Source of the DNA: an uncultured Thermococci archaeon
GTDB lineage: Archaea > Methanobacteriota_B > Thermococci > Methanofastidiosales > B48-G16
Direction of reading: 5' to 3'
Assembly (NCBI GenBank): GCA_964595645.1
Contig: CAZQQT010000004.1
Span: 96,001 to 160,000, forward strand
Length of the DNA: 64,000 nucleotides
Each line of letters starts with the position of its first letter. Positions within the stretch are counted from its first letter, which is position 1. The notes below the pieces were generated by a model, which was not told the origin of the DNA, ran no database searches, and was given only the letters and a program-made list of their open reading frames with translations. Below are positions 61,065-64,000 of the stretch, piece after piece. Position numbers and translations under genes: made by a program.

Positions 61065-61982
61065 TTATCTAATAAAATCAAACAATTTCTTAAATCGTTC
61101 TTTTCTATAATATTCAATCACATCCGGATCATTAATTCTTTCTTCTTGATTTATAAATGCTTGGAGATACCCAGAAATATGCCCAATACCATATACAGGT
61201 TTAGAAAACATACAAAAGAATATTCTAGCTAATAACATGAGAGGATGATAATATTGAATGTAGGCCCTGTATCCATGAAATTTCCCCATCTCATACATAT
61301 TTTCAAGTGTAGTATTAGTTTCACGAACCAAACACCCCCAAACATCTTCGATGTGAGCAACTTCATAACCATTCATTATAGCTTTAGCATGGATTATATC
61401 CGATGATGCATCCGTGATAGGAAAGCCGCCGATTTCATTAAGAAACGATTTCCTATAAATTCTGATTTCATCAAACGGTTCATCAACTCTATTTTCGCTG
61501 CTGTAAATTACTAAATTTTTATCATTTAGAATTCTTTGAGGTTGCTTTAGGGCTGAAACATCTATACTCTTTTTCAAAGTCATTAAATTTGGACTAGCTA
61601 TAGCTAAATCTGGTCGTTTCTCCATTTCGTTAATTATTCTTTCAAATGTTTCATCATGGAACCTAGCATCCGCATCAGCTTTGGCTAGATATTTAACCCT
61701 ATTAGAAATTTTTAAGGACTTATCAAATCCTGTGCTTAAAACTTTAGCAAAATGTTTTCCGAATGTCCTCTCTGATTTTTCTGACATCCTAAACGAATGT
61801 ATCCAGCCGTATTCAACACATAATTTTTTTAATAGTTCAGGCGTACTGTCAGTACTACCGTCGTCTATTATTACCCATGCTTGAGGTTTTTGCGATTGAT
61901 CTATAACACATTTTGCTAAGTCATTAATGTTTTCTTCTTCATTTTTTACTGGAGAGATTAAATTATAATCTGGGTTGACCAT
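61065..61982 (-). CDS. Glycosyltransferase family 2
   Basis: ISPVKNEE, IDDGSTD, DAD, IGGF. Confidence 0.9.
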   Translation of the reverse strand: MVNPDYNLISPVKNEEENINDLAKCVIDQSQKPQAWVIIDDGSTDSTPELLKKLCVEYGWIHSFRMSEKSERTFGKHFAKVLSTGFDKSLKISNRVKYLAKADADARFHDETFERIINEMEKRPDLAIASPNLMTLKKSIDVSALKQPQRILNDKNLVIYSSENRVDEPFDEIRIYRKSFLNEIGGFPITDASSDIIHAKAIMNGYEVAHIEDVWGCLVRETNTTLENMYEMGKFHGYRAYIQYYHPLMLLARIFFCMFSKPVYGIGHISGYLQAFINQEERINDPDVIEYYRKERFKKLFDFIR

Positions 61983-62064
61983 GTTACATACCCCTCTCTA
62001 AATTAGATAAATATTTTTTCAACCACTTCACCATTTTGTTCTCAGCGCCTAATTTTCTTATTTT

Positions 62065-63057
62065 TTATTCTCCAATACTGTCTGTTACAGATTCAAAATT
62101 TTGAACATCATACATAACCATTCCAATATCCTCTTCTTCCAATAAATCAACAGTATGAAGAGATTGTTCTTCATTGACCTCTAAAACCGAACTCAATATT
62201 TTGGCATTAAACCCTAATTCTTCTGCAAAGTTATGTATAGCTTTTACATCTTTTGGGAAGCAACTACCTCCAAAGCCGGCTCCTGCATTCAAAAAATCTC
62301 TGTTGATTCGATGATCTAGGCCTACTCCATCCATCACGTCTATACATCGATTCCGACTTTTTCGCAAATTCTTGATAACTCATTCGCAAATGATATTTTA
62401 GTGGCTAGCAAGGCATTCGAGGCATACTTTATCATCTCTGCAGTCCTTATATCGGTCTTAACCACAGGCGCATCGAAATTTTCATAAGCTTTAGAAACCT
62501 TATTGACCGTTTTTTCATCCCTTCCTCCTATCACTATCCTATCGAGATTTAAGAAGTCATCCAATGCAATGCTACCCCTTCCCGTAAAAATTCAGGATTC
62601 ATACCGAGGCCCAAATCTTCTGCAATCTCTTTCCCGCTCTCTTCTAAAATGGTAGGACTTTTGTGTCAGTGGTAGTTGGAACTACGGTACTCTTAACACA
62701 AATTACATGATAATCATCTTTTTCTGATAAAGCCTTAGAAATATTTTCCGCAGTCTTTTCTACATCACTGGTATCGATACTACCATCTTGTTTAGAAGGA
62801 GTTCCCACACAGATAAAAGTAACATCGGTTTGTTTTATCGCATCTACAGTATCCGTCGTAGCTATCATTTTATCTTCATTAACTACTTCTTTCAATAATT
62901 TGTCTAGCCCCTCTTCGTATATAGGCGGAACTCCCTGATTGATTTTGTCGACTTTTTCTTCATCTATATCTACACAGGTTACTTCATGACCCTTGGATGC
63001 AAATCCAGTTCCTGAAACTAATCCTACGTAACCTGTACCTATTATGCTTATTTTCAT
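62065..63057 (-). pseudogene. Second UDP-glucose dehydrogenase, multiply frameshifted and 3'-truncated
   Basis: GTGYVG..KSTVVP / MNPEFLREG / AEMIKYASN / GFGGSCFPKD separated by frameshifts. Confidence 0.88.
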
Positions 63058-63071
63058 CCAAAATCACCGTT

Positions 63072-63998
63072 CTAGTCTTTTCTGAAGTATTCTATCGTCT
63101 TCTTTAAACCTTTTTCTAATCCTATCTTCGGCTCCCAATCCAACTTTTCTTTGGCTTTAGTGATATCTGGTTTCCTTCTCTCTGGGTCGTCTTTTGGCTG
63201 TTCCTCATAAGTCAGATCACTATCAGTATCGATCAACTCTATTGTCTTCTCGGCAAGCTCTAAAATGCTGATTTCATGGGGATTACCTAGATTTACAGGA
63301 GTGTTTACATCTGCCTTCATCAACATCCAAATCCCCTCGATCAAATCATCAATATAACAGAAACTCCTAGTTTGACTGCCATCTCCATGGACTGTAAGAT
63401 CTTCGTCATTCAGTGCTTGAGTGATAAAGGTGGGAATCACTCTCCCATCATCGGCTCTCATCCTGGTCCCATAGGTATTAAATATTCTAGCCAACCTAAT
63501 ATCTATATCATGTTTGCGATGGTAAGCCATACATATCGCTTCTCCATAGCGTTTTGATTCATCATAACATGATCTGAAACCTATCGGATTTACATTACCC
63601 CAATAATCTTCTGTCTGAGGATGTACTTCAGGATTGCCGTAAACCTCGCTTGTAGACGTGAAAAGATACTTCGCATCTTTAGCTTTAGCTAATCCCAAAG
63701 TTTTGTGAGTTCCCAATGCGCCGGATTTCAATGTTTTTATTGGATATTCCTTGTAGAATATGGGTGAAGCTAAACTTGCCAGATGTAAAACCCAATCAAC
63801 GTCTCCCCCTACATGAATGAAATCAGTAACATCATGTTCATAGAACTGGAAATTTTTGTGGTAAAAGAAATCGTTTAAATTTTCATCTCTTCCGCTCACT
63901 AAATTGTCTAAACAAACAACTTCGTGGCCTTTATTCAATAAATACTCACATAAATGACTTCCAATAAAACCAGCTCCTCCGGTTATTACTATCCTCAT
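63072..63998 (-). CDS. UDP-glucuronate decarboxylase (UDP-xylose synthase)
   Basis: [32 protein letters not shown]. Confidence 0.92.
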   Translation of the reverse strand: MRIVITGGAGFIGSHLCEYLLNKGHEVVCLDNLVSGRDENLNDFFYHKNFQFYEHDVTDFIHVGGDVDWVLHLASLASPIFYKEYPIKTLKSGALGTHKTLGLAKAKDAKYLFTSTSEVYGNPEVHPQTEDYWGNVNPIGFRSCYDESKRYGEAICMAYHRKHDIDIRLARIFNTYGTRMRADDGRVIPTFITQALNDEDLTVHGDGSQTRSFCYIDDLIEGIWMLMKADVNTPVNLGNPHEISILELAEKTIELIDTDSDLTYEEQPKDDPERRKPDITKAKEKLDWEPKIGLEKGLKKTIEYFRKD

Positions 63999-64000
63999 CT

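Noticed and set aside
895-63557. Numerous antisense or overlapping ORFs in the track (e.g. 2547-3002, 10290-10859, 29549-30277, 48257-48934)
   Set aside because: Shadows of well-supported genes on the other strand with no motifs of their own
1-64000. tRNA, rRNA, integrase or transposase genes
   Set aside because: None recognised in the window, so mobility claims rest on repeats only

Overview
Archaeal chromosomal segment. The Mbh-type antiporter genes, archaeal ProRS, PCNA, aIF2-alpha, aIF5A, Nop10 and r-proteins S8e/S27e/L44e point to a euryarchaeote, possibly a Thermococci relative such as Theionarchaea or Methanofastidiosa (inference only). 1-31.9 kb is mostly housekeeping: the start of an mbhA-F operon, peptidase, PPIase, agmatinase-eIF5A, a COG1365-like PP-loop pair, proS, an amino-acid ABC transporter, the conserved PCNA-GINS-L44e-S27e-aIF2a-Nop10-PAC2 cluster, ychF, MATE, trm5 and rps8e. 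32-46.3 kb is accessory: many toxin-antitoxin modules (MNT-HEPN, AbiE, PIN, RelE, DUF4258/YgiT, DUF5678), mostly with decayed toxins, nested direct repeats anchored on the ogt 3' end, and surface-protein genes. 47-64 kb holds two convergent glycan loci. The visibly AT-rich one encodes a complete phosphonate route (CyTase-PepM, Ppd, PntC-like cytidylyltransferase, phosphonoacetaldehyde reductase) with LicD, a flippase and glycosyltransferases. This predicts a 2-hydroxyethylphosphonate-decorated archaeal surface glycan, the leading candidate for a new system. Non-coding highlights are a candidate sRNA with an anti-Shine-Dalgarno-like loop (15654-15727), a structured proS leader, and a six-copy motif array at the island border (52449-52638). 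All calls come from reading the sequence; no database searches were run.
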